The notes beneath the pieces were generated by a model that was not told where the DNA came from, did no database searches, and worked only from the letters and a program-made list of their open reading frames with translations. A DNA stretch of 63,928 nt, counting the filler, from Reclinomonas americana ATCC 50394 (lineage: Eukaryota): assembly GCA_048213135.1 (NCBI GenBank). It is 11 parts of 11 records of this genome, joined end to end, with 100 filler letters (N's around TTAATTAATTAA, not from the genome) between each part and the next. Parts side by side here need not be neighbours in the genome. Positions count along the whole stretch, not along the records: positions 24,476 to 36,188 come from AFZH01018694.1; 10 more parts are not named here. The stretch is one strand, 5' to 3'. The first letter of the stretch is position 1. Every line of letters begins with the position of its first letter. Below are positions 24,881 to 34,836 of this stretch, piece by piece. A program made the translations under genes and the position numbers.

Positions 24881-25233
24881 CGGACACCTGTTAGTTCAGA
24901 CGCTTTCCCTGAGCCTACGGATCCCGATGAATAGGACCATGCCGGACTTTCTGGGGCGGCCGGTCAGAGCGTGGTTCGGCAAGCAGCCAACGAGCGCGGT
25001 GGCGCCGGTTGTGCTGGAGCCGTTAGTTCAGAACGCGCAGCACCAAACGGGCTTGGCGGAGTTCTACAGGTCGAGGCCCGATCGCGTCCCCCGACTTACC
25101 AGCTGCCAAAACGTCGAAAGAGTTCTGTCAGGCCGGCGCATCCAATGATGCGCGGCGAGTATTCTTCAATCTTCTTCAATTCCCAGCGGATTGCAGCGTA
25201 TCGCTTCAATTCGGCGATATATTCTGGCGTGAG

Positions 25234-25812
25234 ATGAAAAGTTTTGAAGAGACTTGGCTTTCTGCTATCCTGCAGGCATCGGCGTGGAGCGAGGCTGCGG
25301 GGATGGGGAAAGACGGAATCGACGAGCACATTGCCGCGGGAGCGCGCGCGGTCGCGGCGGCTCTGGATGGGCCGGCCGGTCAGATCCCGCTCGATCGCAT
25401 CGTCATCCGTCATCTCGCCTGGTTCGATCTATGCCAGGAACGCGGTATGACCTGGTCCCAGATGGCACTCCTTCTGCGGAATGCCGGTGCAGGGCGCGAA
25501 AACGGACAGCCCTTCACCCCGGGGCATCTGAGCAGCGTGGTGTGGCGGCAGCGCCAGAAGAGTGCTGGCGGGCAAGCCACGTCGGCGTCACGGTCGTCTC
25601 CACCAGCGCTTGCGGTTGCCGGATACCCGGACGCAAGACAGCCTTCGCTCCCGCATTCCCGTAAAACGGCCAGCCCTCCGCCGGTTTTCTCTATTCCGGC
25701 GCGGCCTCAGCTCCCGCCGGTCCCGCCACCCGAACCGGTGCCGTCTGACGTGCGCGCCATGATGCGCCGTGCCGCGCAGCTGCGGAACGAGCGCTTCGAT
25801 GACGAGGAATAG
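25234..25812 (+). CDS. TraK/StbA-like DNA-binding protein (true start may be 25303)
   Basis: HTH-like HLAWFDLCQERGMTWSQMALLLRNAG..FTPGHLSSVVWRQR, then a Pro-rich linker. It lies upstream of a TraL/StbB-like ATPase. Confidence 0.5.
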   Translation: MKSFEETWLSAILQASAWSEAAGMGKDGIDEHIAAGARAVAAALDGPAGQIPLDRIVIRHLAWFDLCQERGMTWSQMALLLRNAGAGRENGQPFTPGHLSSVVWRQRQKSAGGQATSASRSSPPALAVAGYPDARQPSLPHSRKTASPPPVFSIPARPQLPPVPPPEPVPSDVRAMMRRAAQLRNERFDDEE

Positions 25813-25864
25813 CGATGCGTGTTCCGGGTAGAGTAGCCGATGCGGATACGGGACGGGCGGCAGG

Positions 25865-26941
25865 ATGAAGCGGCCCATCACCGAATCGGAACGCCGCAGG
25901 CTCTCGCTTGAGCACAGGCAGCGAGCAGCCGAGCGCATGGGCGTGTCCAATGACGAGGCGCCGGGCCTGGACATGCGCACCGCCCCCGAACCGCTTCGGC
26001 TGGGCACGGGGAACAGTTTCGTGCCGCTGCTCGTACCCGACCGGACACTGAAGGCGGCCGCGGGGCGCTACCCGTCGCGCGCGATCGTTGCAAGGCTGCG
26101 CCGGTCACTGGCCGTGCATAGCCTTATGGCCCTCCACGGGCTGCAGCCGTTGCTCGGCACCCGGCAGGCTGCCCGGGACAGGATCGCCACGGTGGCGCCA
26201 AGCGGCATCGACCACCTGATGCGTGAGGGCCGCCAATATCTGTCGCAGGAAACCGCCTTTGACTCGGAAGAGGAGTTGCGGCGGCTGTTCGAGCGCAAGC
26301 GGGAATTGCTCAAAGACGCAGGCATCGACATCCCGTGGCGCCGGGAAGAGCTGGTCGAGGCGGAACTGGCCGCCGTGCGGCTGGTCTCGATCGCCTCGGT
26401 TCGGGCCCAGGTGATCCTGTCGGCGTTCGAGGCGGCTCAGCGTTCGGCCAGGCCTGGCAGGACGGCGAATGGAGACGAGGAAGCGGTCATCGACGAAACC
26501 GCCTGGCAGGCGATCCGGGAGACGTTCGCCCGCTACCATCCTGAGCTTGGCATCGGCTCGCTCTGGGAGATCGCGGCCTATGCCGACATCAACCCCTGCA
26601 CCCTCTGGCCGCAGCATACCGCTCGCTTCGCCACCCTGTTCGAACTCGCCCGTTTCATCGGCCGGGTCGACCGCGGGATCGAGGCCAGCCTCGCCTGCGT
26701 TCATCTCGATTTGCTGGAAGCGGCCCTGACGGAGATGCCGGATCCTTTTGACGAGGATCAGGCGCAGTTGGCCATGGTGAGCCGGGTCAAGCTCCGCCAG
26801 CACTTCCGGCAGGAAGCGCTTCTGGCGGTCGCCGGCGAGGCCAGGCGCGAAGGCGCAAGCCTTCGCATCGCACGCGGGACGCGTGCTCTCAGCCTCGCGG
26901 AACCTCCCGGGCCGCATGGTTCCGGCAACCCACCGGCCTGA
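25865..26941 (+). CDS. Hypothetical protein, 358 aa, mostly helical
   Basis: Long ORF with GC3-rich codons and an AGG RBS-like sequence, in the same orientation as its neighbours. Confidence 0.75.
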   Translation: MKRPITESERRRLSLEHRQRAAERMGVSNDEAPGLDMRTAPEPLRLGTGNSFVPLLVPDRTLKAAAGRYPSRAIVARLRRSLAVHSLMALHGLQPLLGTRQAARDRIATVAPSGIDHLMREGRQYLSQETAFDSEEELRRLFERKRELLKDAGIDIPWRREELVEAELAAVRLVSIASVRAQVILSAFEAAQRSARPGRTANGDEEAVIDETAWQAIRETFARYHPELGIGSLWEIAAYADINPCTLWPQHTARFATLFELARFIGRVDRGIEASLACVHLDLLEAALTEMPDPFDEDQAQLAMVSRVKLRQHFRQEALLAVAGEARREGASLRIARGTRALSLAEPPGPHGSGNPPA

Positions 26942-27105
26942 GCGCCCGCCATCGGCCGGAATCCAGGCCGGCGCGGCCATCCGGATCGTGCAGCGATGCC
27001 TGCAAGCCCCTGACGTTTCGTCGCAATTTCGGCGGCATTATTGTCGCCGCCGGCGCGCTGAATGCCCCTATCGAAAGGGTCCCCCCATCCACACAGGGAC
27101 CCGAC

Positions 27106-27942
27106 ATGACGAAGAACCAGACCTCTCACAACACCGCCGCCACCGCCGTGCTGATCACCGCCGACGATGGCGGTGTCGGCAAGACCACCTGCGCGATCCA
27201 GGTCGCGACGGCCTTCAAGCTGGCGAATCTCCCGGTTGACCTGTTCCAGCTCGACACGAAGGCCAAGCTCGCCACCAAGACCGGCTTGCCCGTGACTTCG
27301 CTCTCGATCGCCGACCAGCACAGCGCGCGCGGCGACGACCTCAACGCAGCCGACGTGATCGCGCCTTGGTACCGGGCGGTCACCGGCATGCGGGAGACCG
27401 GACGCTCGTCGATTCTGGAGGTCGGTGGAGCGAACGCCGGGCTCTTCCATGCCGGCGTCGCCGAAATCGACGTCCAGGAGGACATCGCCGCCCTCGACCT
27501 TTCGGTAACGGCCTTCCTCGTGACCAGGGCCGGCGAAGACTCCGCTCTCCAGACCCTGCGCGAGGCGAAGCGGCTCGGCACGACCCTGCCGGGCGCCGAA
27601 CTCGTCCTCGTCCGAAATGAAGTCGCCGGCTGCCCCGTGGCTGCCGCCGCGTATCTCGATGAGTCGGTACGTAAGCGCTACCTCGCCCTCTTCGAGCGCC
27701 ATGTCTCGATCCGGATGCCGCGTGTCCGGCCGCGTTCGATGGCGCTCTACGAGCGCCTGCACGTCACGCCCGACATCGTCGTGTCGTGGCACGCCGACAA
27801 CTATGGCGAGGCGATCCGCCGGAGCGGGCGTCCGCGCGACGAAGCCAAAATCTTCGTGAAGGACATCGCCGCCTGGTCGGGCGTGATCCAGGACGAGCTG
27901 CTGCGCGCGCTGCCGATTCTGGGCGGGCCGTCCGATGGCTGA
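27106..27942 (+). CDS. ParA/MinD-superfamily ATPase, TraL/StbB-like
   Basis: Walker A DDGGVGKTT; Walker B region SILEVGGAN; LVLVRNEVAG and IRMPRV resemble the TraL layout. Confidence 0.7.
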   Translation: MTKNQTSHNTAATAVLITADDGGVGKTTCAIQVATAFKLANLPVDLFQLDTKAKLATKTGLPVTSLSIADQHSARGDDLNAADVIAPWYRAVTGMRETGRSSILEVGGANAGLFHAGVAEIDVQEDIAALDLSVTAFLVTRAGEDSALQTLREAKRLGTTLPGAELVLVRNEVAGCPVAAAAYLDESVRKRYLALFERHVSIRMPRVRPRSMALYERLHVTPDIVVSWHADNYGEAIRRSGRPRDEAKIFVKDIAAWSGVIQDELLRALPILGGPSDG

Positions 27943-28561
27943 GGGCCGCGCCAGATTCATGCGGAACGTTCGCGCGGTTGCCGATGAGGAGCGACAGGCA
28001 TCGGCACGTCTGATCAGGCGCCTGAAAGGCCTGACGCCGGCCCAGCTCCTGCGGGAGCCCATGTCGACCGTCTCGCAATTGTCGATGCGGCAGTATCGCG
28101 ACATCGTCTCGACGATCGCTCCCGAACTCTCCTTGCCGAAGGAGACCTCGGAAGATGAAGCCCTCCCCGCGATCAGCCTCGGAGAGCGCATCCACGCGGT
28201 CTGGAGAGGAATGACGACGCTGGCCCGCAGGTTGGTCATCGGTACGCTGATCGTCGTGATCGGCATCCCGGTCACCGTGCTGGTCCTCCCCTGGGGGCTT
28301 TGGTGGCTCGTCCCCTATACGTTGGTGCGCCCCCGCGACAGCACCGGTTGGCCATCCTGCCGGCGCCTGGCCTGGCATATCGATGGGTGCCTCTATCACG
28401 CACCGGCCGACCTGTACTGGGAGTGGGTCGCCGCTCAGGCGGCCCAGCCCGTCGCGGAGATTAGGGCCAATAATCGGCATCTGCCCGCAGCCTATATCCC
28501 CGCCAGAAGCGCGGTCGTGATCTGGCACGGCCGGGGGCAACTCGCGAAGAAAGCACGATGA
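27935..28561 (+). CDS. Membrane protein with a C-terminal degenerate LysM-like segment
   Basis: TM helix LVIGTLIVVIGIPVTVLVLPWGLWWLV. The tail CLYHAPADLYWEWVAAQAAQPVAEIRANNRHLPAAYIPARSAVVIW follows LysM spacing. It overlaps the ATPase stop by 8 nt. Confidence 0.6.
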   Translation: MAEGRARFMRNVRAVADEERQASARLIRRLKGLTPAQLLREPMSTVSQLSMRQYRDIVSTIAPELSLPKETSEDEALPAISLGERIHAVWRGMTTLARRLVIGTLIVVIGIPVTVLVLPWGLWWLVPYTLVRPRDSTGWPSCRRLAWHIDGCLYHAPADLYWEWVAAQAAQPVAEIRANNRHLPAAYIPARSAVVIWHGRGQLAKKAR

Positions 28562-28690
28562 CCAACGGGAATCCGGGCCGACCGGTTCGGCATCGCCGGA
28601 CGTATTCGCTGCTTTCGCCAAACGAGGATCGCGAAGGCGGATCATCGCCGCCAACGGTGAAATGGCGGCAATCGGGACAGCCCCGGCAGC

Positions 28691-28801
28691 ATGGTTGCCG
28701 CGGTCAGCCTCTCAGGCCCGGCCGCGCGGATCGATCGCACGCGCATGGCCGAACTTGGCGACCTCACCCGGCGCGCCTCTGCCGCGCTGCCGCTTGGGTA
28801 A
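28691..28801 (+). pseudogene. IclR-family regulator, C-terminal remnant
   Basis: MVAAVSLSGPAARIDRTRMAELGDLTRRASAALPLG* matches the IclR effector-domain tail. No N-terminal HTH is present. Confidence 0.55.
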
Positions 28802-29110
28802 CCTGCCGCACGGGCGCAGTTTCGCATCTGATCCGCCCAACCTCGACGCCAGTGGCCTAGTTTTGCTCCACATATGACAGATCCCGAAACGCACTCATAC
28901 GGCGTCTGCCTGCAGGCCTACTGGAGCGGCTGGAGAGCAATTTTTCTTTTGATAGAGTGATTTAATCCATCCCGAAAGATGATTGCGCTTGACCGCGCGC
29001 GCCGTCGGACAGGATCATCATCCATAACGAATCGGAAGACTGACGTGCGCCGACAAGCTGCCGATTGGCGCCCCGGCTGCGAAAGGCAATCAGGGCGAAG
29101 GTAGCAGACG

Positions 29111-30850
29111 GTGACGATGGAAGCGCCGACATTGCAGATTTCTCTTCGGCAACCGTCGCTGCTGGATTTGTGCGCAGTCCGGAATGCTGTCGATACCGTT
29201 GCCAATGCGGGCATCGAGGCGCGGGGCGCGATCTTCACGCGCCGCGAGGTTGTCGATTTCCTGCTGGACCTGACCGGCTACACGCCGACCTCCCCTCTTC
29301 TCCGGATGCGCTTGCTGGAGCCGGCATTCGGCGGCGGCGACTTTCTGCTTCCCGCTGTCGAACGCCTTCTTGCGGCATGGAAACTTGCCGGGTGTCCGTC
29401 GCCCGCAACCGCTCTGCGTGATTGCATCAGGGCCGTCGAATTGCATCGCGCTACGTTTACAGAAACTCGCGACCGCGTATTTGCAATGCTCGTCGCCGGC
29501 GGGATAGCGCGAGGCGAGGCAAAGGCCATTGTCGAACAATGGCTGCTCTACGGTGATTTCCTGCTCGCCCCACTGAAAGACGAGTTCGATGTCGTGATCG
29601 GTAATCCGCCATATGTACGCCAGGAATTGATCCCCGACGCGCTCATGGCTGAATACCGCGCACGGTATCGGACGATTTACGACCGCGCCGACTTGTATGT
29701 GCCGTTCATCGAGCGGTCGTTGAACTCACTCGGAAAGGGCGGGCAGCTAGGCTTTATCTGTGCCGACCGGTGGATGAAAAATCGCTACGGCGCACTCCTC
29801 CGAAAGATGATCACCGAGCATTTTCATCTCAAAATCTATGTCGACATGGTCGATACCCCGGCCTTTCATTCCGAAGTTATCGCCTATCCTGCCATTACCG
29901 TTATTTCTCGGGAAAAGCCCGGCGTCACACGCATCGCTCACCGTCCCGCCATCGACGCCGACGGGTTGAGCGCTCTTGCGACTCGGCTTCTGGATGCGAA
30001 GGCCCCTGAAGCTTCTTCGGGTATCCGCGAGCTGCACAGTACAACCGCTGGCTCGGAGCCATGGATTCTTGAGTCTTCCGACCAATTGAACCTGATCCGC
30101 CGCCTGGAGCGTGACTTTCCAACGTTGGAAGCTGCCGGCTGCAAGGTTGGCATTGGCGTTGCGACCGGGGCGGACAAGGCTTTCATCGGAATGTTTGACA
30201 GCCTCGATGTCGAGGATGATCGAAAACTGCCTCTGGTCATGACCCGCGACATTCTCGAGGGGCATGTACAATGGCGTGGCCTCGGCGTCGTCAACCCGTT
30301 TAGCGACGATGGCCGCCTTGTCGATCTGGATTCATATCCGCGTTTGCGTTGCTATTTCGAAGCGCGGAAAGAAGAAATCGCTGGCCGCCACGTCGCGCAA
30401 AAGGCCCCCGCGAACTGGTATAGGACGATTGACCGGATCTATCCCGGCCTAGCCGCTAAGCCGAAGCTTCTCGTGCCCGATATCAAGGGTGAAGCCCACA
30501 TCGTCTATGAGCGCGGGGAATTATATCCTCATCACAATCTCTATTTCGTCACATCAGACGATTGGGACTTGAGAGCGCTGCAAGCCGTCTTGCTCTCAGG
30601 CATTACGCGACTTTTCATTTCGACCTACTCGACAAAGATGCGCGGCGGGTATCTTCGCTTTCAGGCACAATACCTGCGCCGTCTGCGGCTGCCCCGGTGG
30701 CCGGACGTTCCCGAGAAGCTCCGGAGCACGCTGGTCGAGGCAGCAAAACTTCGGGATATCGCAGCGTGCAATCAAACTGCGTTCGAGCTTTACGGCCTTT
30801 CCAAAGCCGAAAGGTCGGTGATCGGGGGGAATGGCGCGGATGGGAATTGA
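29111..30850 (+). CDS. Type II N6-adenine DNA methyltransferase, M.PaeR7I/M.XhoI-like (gamma class)
   Basis: Motif [16 protein letters not shown], motif [12 protein letters not shown], motif IV VIGNPPY, and a TaqI-like C-terminal TRD (YPHHNLY). The start may be the ATG at 29117. Confidence 0.92.
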   Translation: MTMEAPTLQISLRQPSLLDLCAVRNAVDTVANAGIEARGAIFTRREVVDFLLDLTGYTPTSPLLRMRLLEPAFGGGDFLLPAVERLLAAWKLAGCPSPATALRDCIRAVELHRATFTETRDRVFAMLVAGGIARGEAKAIVEQWLLYGDFLLAPLKDEFDVVIGNPPYVRQELIPDALMAEYRARYRTIYDRADLYVPFIERSLNSLGKGGQLGFICADRWMKNRYGALLRKMITEHFHLKIYVDMVDTPAFHSEVIAYPAITVISREKPGVTRIAHRPAIDADGLSALATRLLDAKAPEASSGIRELHSTTAGSEPWILESSDQLNLIRRLERDFPTLEAAGCKVGIGVATGADKAFIGMFDSLDVEDDRKLPLVMTRDILEGHVQWRGLGVVNPFSDDGRLVDLDSYPRLRCYFEARKEEIAGRHVAQKAPANWYRTIDRIYPGLAAKPKLLVPDIKGEAHIVYERGELYPHHNLYFVTSDDWDLRALQAVLLSGITRLFISTYSTKMRGGYLRFQAQYLRRLRLPRWPDVPEKLRSTLVEAAKLRDIAACNQTAFELYGLSKAERSVIGGNGADGN

Positions 30851-31577
30851 CCTTGCCGATTACGAGCGCAAGGCCCGCGAGGCGACGATGGCTTTTTGGG
30901 GCAACCGCGAAAAAGCCAGACAAAAACAACTCGAATCCGGCAAGCCGGATCAGGGAGAACGTGCTGGCGTTACCGCCGGAACCAACATGGACGGCTTTGT
31001 CGCCCTTGTCATGGATTTGGTCGAGGCGAATGGTCTTAGCCGCGCCGAGATACACCGCAAGCGCGCCGTCCTGACGCTGCCGGGATATTTCCGCCCGACC
31101 AAGCTCTGGGACATTCTGGTGATCCATAAAGGGGAGTTGATTGCGGCTGTCGAGCTCAAGAGCCAGGTCGGACCGTCCTTCAGCAACAATTTCAACAACC
31201 GGACCGAGGAAGCCATCGGCACCGCGCACGACCTCTGGACAGCCTACCGGGAAGGTGCGTTTGGGAAACGTCCGCGTCCTTTTGTCGGCTGGATGATGAT
31301 GGTCGAGGATGCGCCGAAATCTCGTCGTCCGGTCACAGATCGTTCGCCGCATTTCCCCGTATTCAAGGAGTTTCAGGGCGCGTCCTACCTCAAGCGCTAC
31401 GACATTCTTTGCCAACGGCTTGTGCAGGAGCAGCTGTACACCACGGCATCCGTGCTGACGTCCCCACGCACGGCTGCGGCCAGCGGCGAGTATGCGGACA
31501 TGTCAGACCTGACAAGTATCAAGACCTTCGTGACCTCCTTTGCCGGCCATATCGCTGCAACCGCCGCGAGAGGATGA
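30840..31577 (+). CDS. PaeR7I/XhoI-family type II restriction endonuclease (predicted site CTCGAG)
   Basis: [43 protein letters not shown] and ASYLKRY are hallmarks of the XhoI family. It overlaps the MTase stop. Confidence 0.92.
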   Translation: MGIDLADYERKAREATMAFWGNREKARQKQLESGKPDQGERAGVTAGTNMDGFVALVMDLVEANGLSRAEIHRKRAVLTLPGYFRPTKLWDILVIHKGELIAAVELKSQVGPSFSNNFNNRTEEAIGTAHDLWTAYREGAFGKRPRPFVGWMMMVEDAPKSRRPVTDRSPHFPVFKEFQGASYLKRYDILCQRLVQEQLYTTASVLTSPRTAAASGEYADMSDLTSIKTFVTSFAGHIAATAARG

Positions 31578-31731
31578 CCGTTGATCACCGCTTTGCGAGA
31601 GTCTTGGTATGGGGGCTGCCTATATGATCGGCGGCTCTTCGCCTAGCCACTCAAGCAAGAGCGCTTCGAGGCCATTCGCGGAATATACCGCCGGCGCCGC
31701 GCCATGGCCCCGGCGGTATTGTGCGAGATCT

Positions 31732-32551
31732 TCAGTCGGCGAGACGGCTCAGGGCCTTCCAGTCGAACTCGACGCCGTGGCCGGGTTGGTTGGACGCAAT
31801 GGCGTTGCCGTCGCGAATGACGAGCGGTTCAGCGATATAGCGATCCAGCCCGAAGCTATGACCTCGAGATAGGAGCGGTTGGGGCAGGCGGCCAGCAGAT
31901 GCACGGTGACATCTTGCGCGCCATGCGAGGTGACTGGCAGGTTGAACGCTTCGGCCAGCCGCGCGATCTTGATGAAGCCGGTGACGCCGCCGCAATTGGT
32001 GACGTCCGGCTCCGGGAAGGTAACACCGCCCGACGCCATGTAGATCTTGAATTCCCAGGGCGTACGCAGATTCTCACCGGCGGCGATCGGGATGCCGCCT
32101 TCACGGACGATGCGTGCGTGGCCGGCGGGATCGTCGGGAATGGTCGGCTCCTCCAGCCAGACGAGCTCCGAGGATTGGAAAGCGCGGGCGGCGCGGATGG
32201 CCTCATCGACCGACCACTTCATGTTGGCGTCCGCCATCAGCGGGAAATCGGCGCCCAGATGGGCTCGCATCGCCTTGACGCGCTCGACGTCTGCGGAAAG
32301 CCACCCACGCCCGACCTTCATCTTGATGGCGCGGAACCCCTTTTCGAGATTGCGGTCGGTCTGCGCCAGCAAGGCATCGAGGCTGAATTCGAGATCGACG
32401 CCGCCGGCATAGCAGGGGACGTAATCGTCATAGCCGCCGAGCAGATGCCATAGGGCAGGCCGAGCTTCTTGGCCTTCAGGTCCCACAGCGCCATGTCGAC
32501 GGCCGAGAGCGCCAGCATGCTGGGGCCGCCGCGGCCGCTATAGTGCAGCCC
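31732..32551 (-). pseudogene. Mandelate racemase/muconate lactonizing enzyme family; 5'-truncated, two frameshifts
   Basis: AVDMALWDLKAK, KMKVG, LMADAN, WLEEP, AAGEN and PGHGVEFDW are spread over three frames (shifts near 32452 and 31860). The N-terminus is absent. Confidence 0.8.
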
Positions 32552-32947
32552 CTACGTACGAATACGCCAAGGACCGCGGGATAGATGCCCGCGCGTGTGC
32601 GATACCGGGGCTATGATGGTGGATCGCGAGGGTCAGGCGGCCTGCTGATCCGCAGGTTTTTCGGCTTCGCACAGGCGTTTCCACTCCCACGGCAGCAGTT
32701 CGGGCAGGCGCGAGACGGACAGACCCGAGTTGAACAGTGTTTTTGGCGAAGGTTATATTTTCCAATGAGATGCGGCGCCGTTCTGGCGTGTTACCACTAC
32801 ATTTTCAGGGGCTGACGGTCAGGTGTCAACGGCGGCGCAAAAGTCGGCCATTGGGCGGCGTAAAACCAGGCCAGGTTTGGCGCGTGCAGGAGCCCGCCGT
32901 GAGGGCGTAGCCCGAGCGGTGGGCTCCTGCACGCGCGGCGATTTTTT

Positions 32948-33715
32948 CTATGGGTTGCCGGCGGCCTTCCGGGCTCGGCTTTGCGCAAGGCGGTAGCTGT
33001 CGCCGTTCATCTCGAGAATGCTGACGTGATGGGTCAGACGGTCGAGCAGCGCGCCGGTCAGCCGCTCGGATCCCAGCGTTTGCGTCCATTCGTCAAAGGG
33101 CAGATTGCTGGTGATCAGGGTGGCGCCGCGCTCGTAGCGTTGCGAGATCAGCTCGAACAGCAGTTCCGCTCCGGTCTTCGACAGCGGCACGAAGCCCAGC
33201 TCGTCGATGATCAGCAGCTTGTAGGCGGCCATCTGCTTCTGGAAGCGCAGCAGGCGCCGCTCGTCGCGAGCCTCCATCATCTCGCTGACGAGAGCGGCCG
33301 CGGTCGTGAAGCCAACGGACAGGCCCTTCTGACATGCCGCCAACCCGAGACCCAGGCAAACATGGGTCTTGCCCGTACCGCTGGGACCGAGCACGATGAC
33401 ATTCTCGCGGCGCTCGATCCATTCGCAGCGCGCGAGCTCCAGCACCTGCATCTTGTTGAGCTTTGGGATGGCGGCGAAGTCGAAGCTGTCGAGGCTTTTG
33501 ACGACCGGGAACCTTGCTGCCTTGATGCGGCGCTCGACCTTGCGGCGGTCCCGTTCGATCATCTCCCGTTCGGCCAGCCGGGTGAGATAGCCGACATGAT
33601 CGACACCCTCCGTGGCGCATTGCCGGGCCAGCTTCTGATACTCGCGCTGGACGGTCGGCAGCTTGAGGGTTTTGAGATAGTGGTCCAGCAGGATCGCGGA
33701 AGCCTCGGCGCTCAT
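32948..33715 (-). CDS. istB: IS21-family helper ATPase IstB
   Basis: LKTLKLP, GPSGTGKTH, LLIIDELGF, TSNLPF and ALLDRLTH. Confidence 0.95.
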   Translation of the reverse strand: MSAEASAILLDHYLKTLKLPTVQREYQKLARQCATEGVDHVGYLTRLAEREMIERDRRKVERRIKAARFPVVKSLDSFDFAAIPKLNKMQVLELARCEWIERRENVIVLGPSGTGKTHVCLGLGLAACQKGLSVGFTTAAALVSEMMEARDERRLLRFQKQMAAYKLLIIDELGFVPLSKTGAELLFELISQRYERGATLITSNLPFDEWTQTLGSERLTGALLDRLTHHVSILEMNGDSYRLAQSRARKAAGNP

Positions 33716-34032
33716 GCCACCTGCTCCCCTTCACTGCCGCCAAGCAGGCGCAGATAGGCCTTCACCGAGGTTGTCTCCACCGTCGCCCTCGGCAGGTAGG
33801 GATAGATGGACAGGTCCAGTCTCGGCGGCCGGTGCTCCACCCGGCACAGGATCAGATGCTTGACGGCGTCGAAGCCGATCGCGCCGAGCTGGAGGGCCTG
33901 CTTCACCGCCGCATGCAGATCGGATACCGCGAAGCTCTCCAGCAGACGCAGAACCTGCACATACTCGCGCCGTCCGTGCTTTGCCATCCGCGCCTCCATC
34001 AGGCGGCGCAGCGTGGCGAACTCCTCGGGCAG
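33712..34032 (-). pseudogene. istA: IS21 transposase IstA, C-terminal fragment
   Basis: LPEEFATLRRLMEARMAKHGRREYVQVLRLLE..PPRLDL..YPYLP, with ATGA overlap to istB. The DDE core is missing. Confidence 0.85.
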
Positions 34033-34262
34033 ACGAACTTCGAGCCCTCAAGCCGCTTGTGCACCAGCACCAGCCCGGTGCGATCCCAGACCAGGATCTT
34101 GATTCGGTCAGCCCTTTTGGCGCGGAAGACGATGGCCGCGCCGCTGTAGGGATCAAGGCCGAGTTCCTCCTGCGCCGCCGCGGCCAGCCCGTCGAGGCCG
34201 CGCCGGAAGTCGACCGGACGCGTCGCCATGTAGATCTTCAGATCGGCGCCCGGCGCAATCAT
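34031..34262 (-). pseudogene. tnpB: IS66 accessory protein TnpB, 3'-truncated
   Basis: PVDFRRGLDGL..FRAKRADRIKILVWDRTGLVLVHKRLE, broken at KFV where W would normally follow. Confidence 0.88.
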
Positions 34263-34711
34263 CGCGCAGCCCGCACCGCACGGATCACCTGCACCAACTG
34301 CTCAAGGTCAACCGCGGTGCGGATCACCGCATCGCCGACCACGATCTCAACCTTCGCCGGCGCCGATTTCAGCGGCTTCGTCGGCGGCCGGGGCGACGGC
34401 GCGTCTTCCACCAGCAGCGGCGCGAACAACGGCTCCGGGCTCTCCGAAAGGGCCAGCTCTCCCAGACGAAGGCGCCGCCGCCAATCATAGACCTGCGAGC
34501 GTGTCGCGCCATGCTTGCGCGCGACCACCGCCACCTGCGCCCCCGGCAGCAGGCTCTCCGCAGCTATGCGGGCCCTTTCGCCCTCCGTGCGAACCCGCCG
34601 CCCCGTTGGACCCTCAACAACCTCAAGCCGGCCTACGTAGCCAGGTGTCGCGACGTCCAAATGGACGTCCATTTGGACGTCTGCTTCCAACCCGGCCCTC
34701 CGTCTCGCCAA
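34259..34711 (-). CDS. tnpA: IS66 TnpA (HTH) protein; start probably near 34672
   Basis: RLEVVEGPTGRR..ARIAAESLLPGAQVAVVARKHG..QVYDWRRR. Confidence 0.85.
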   Translation of the reverse strand: MARRRAGLEADVQMDVHLDVATPGYVGRLEVVEGPTGRRVRTEGERARIAAESLLPGAQVAVVARKHGATRSQVYDWRRRLRLGELALSESPEPLFAPLLVEDAPSPRPPTKPLKSAPAKVEIVVGDAVIRTAVDLEQLVQVIRAVRAAR

Positions 34712-34836
34712 TCGGAGGAGGCTGCCACATTCAGCTCATGTACCCAACGAGGGGAGCGGCGCAGCGCTTACATGAGAAAGGCTATCCGGTCGTGATCAAC
34801 TCCGAACCGGAAACGGCTCTTTGTGTTTCGGCCCTT

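Larger units (their letters stand above)
32824..34771 (-). mobile_element. Chimeric IS: IS66 left end + tnpA + partial tnpB fused to the IS21 istA 3' end + istB + IS21 right end
   Basis: IS21-type end TGTCAACGGCGGCGCAAAAGTCGGCCA..GGCGGCGTAAAACCAGGCCA at 32824-32873. IS66-type end GTAAGCGCTGCGCCGCTCCCC (minus strand) at 34751-34771. Junction near 34031. Confidence 0.8.

Noticed and set aside
26758..28275. Long antisense ORFs (e.g. 26758-28275 minus, 35118-36236 plus, 37603-38748 plus, 47459-48844 plus)
   Set aside because: They are shadow frames of recognisable genes in high-GC DNA.
34031..34262. TnpB as an RNA-guided nuclease (IS200/IS605 type)
   Set aside because: This is the unrelated small IS66 accessory TnpB, with no RuvC or Zn-finger motifs.
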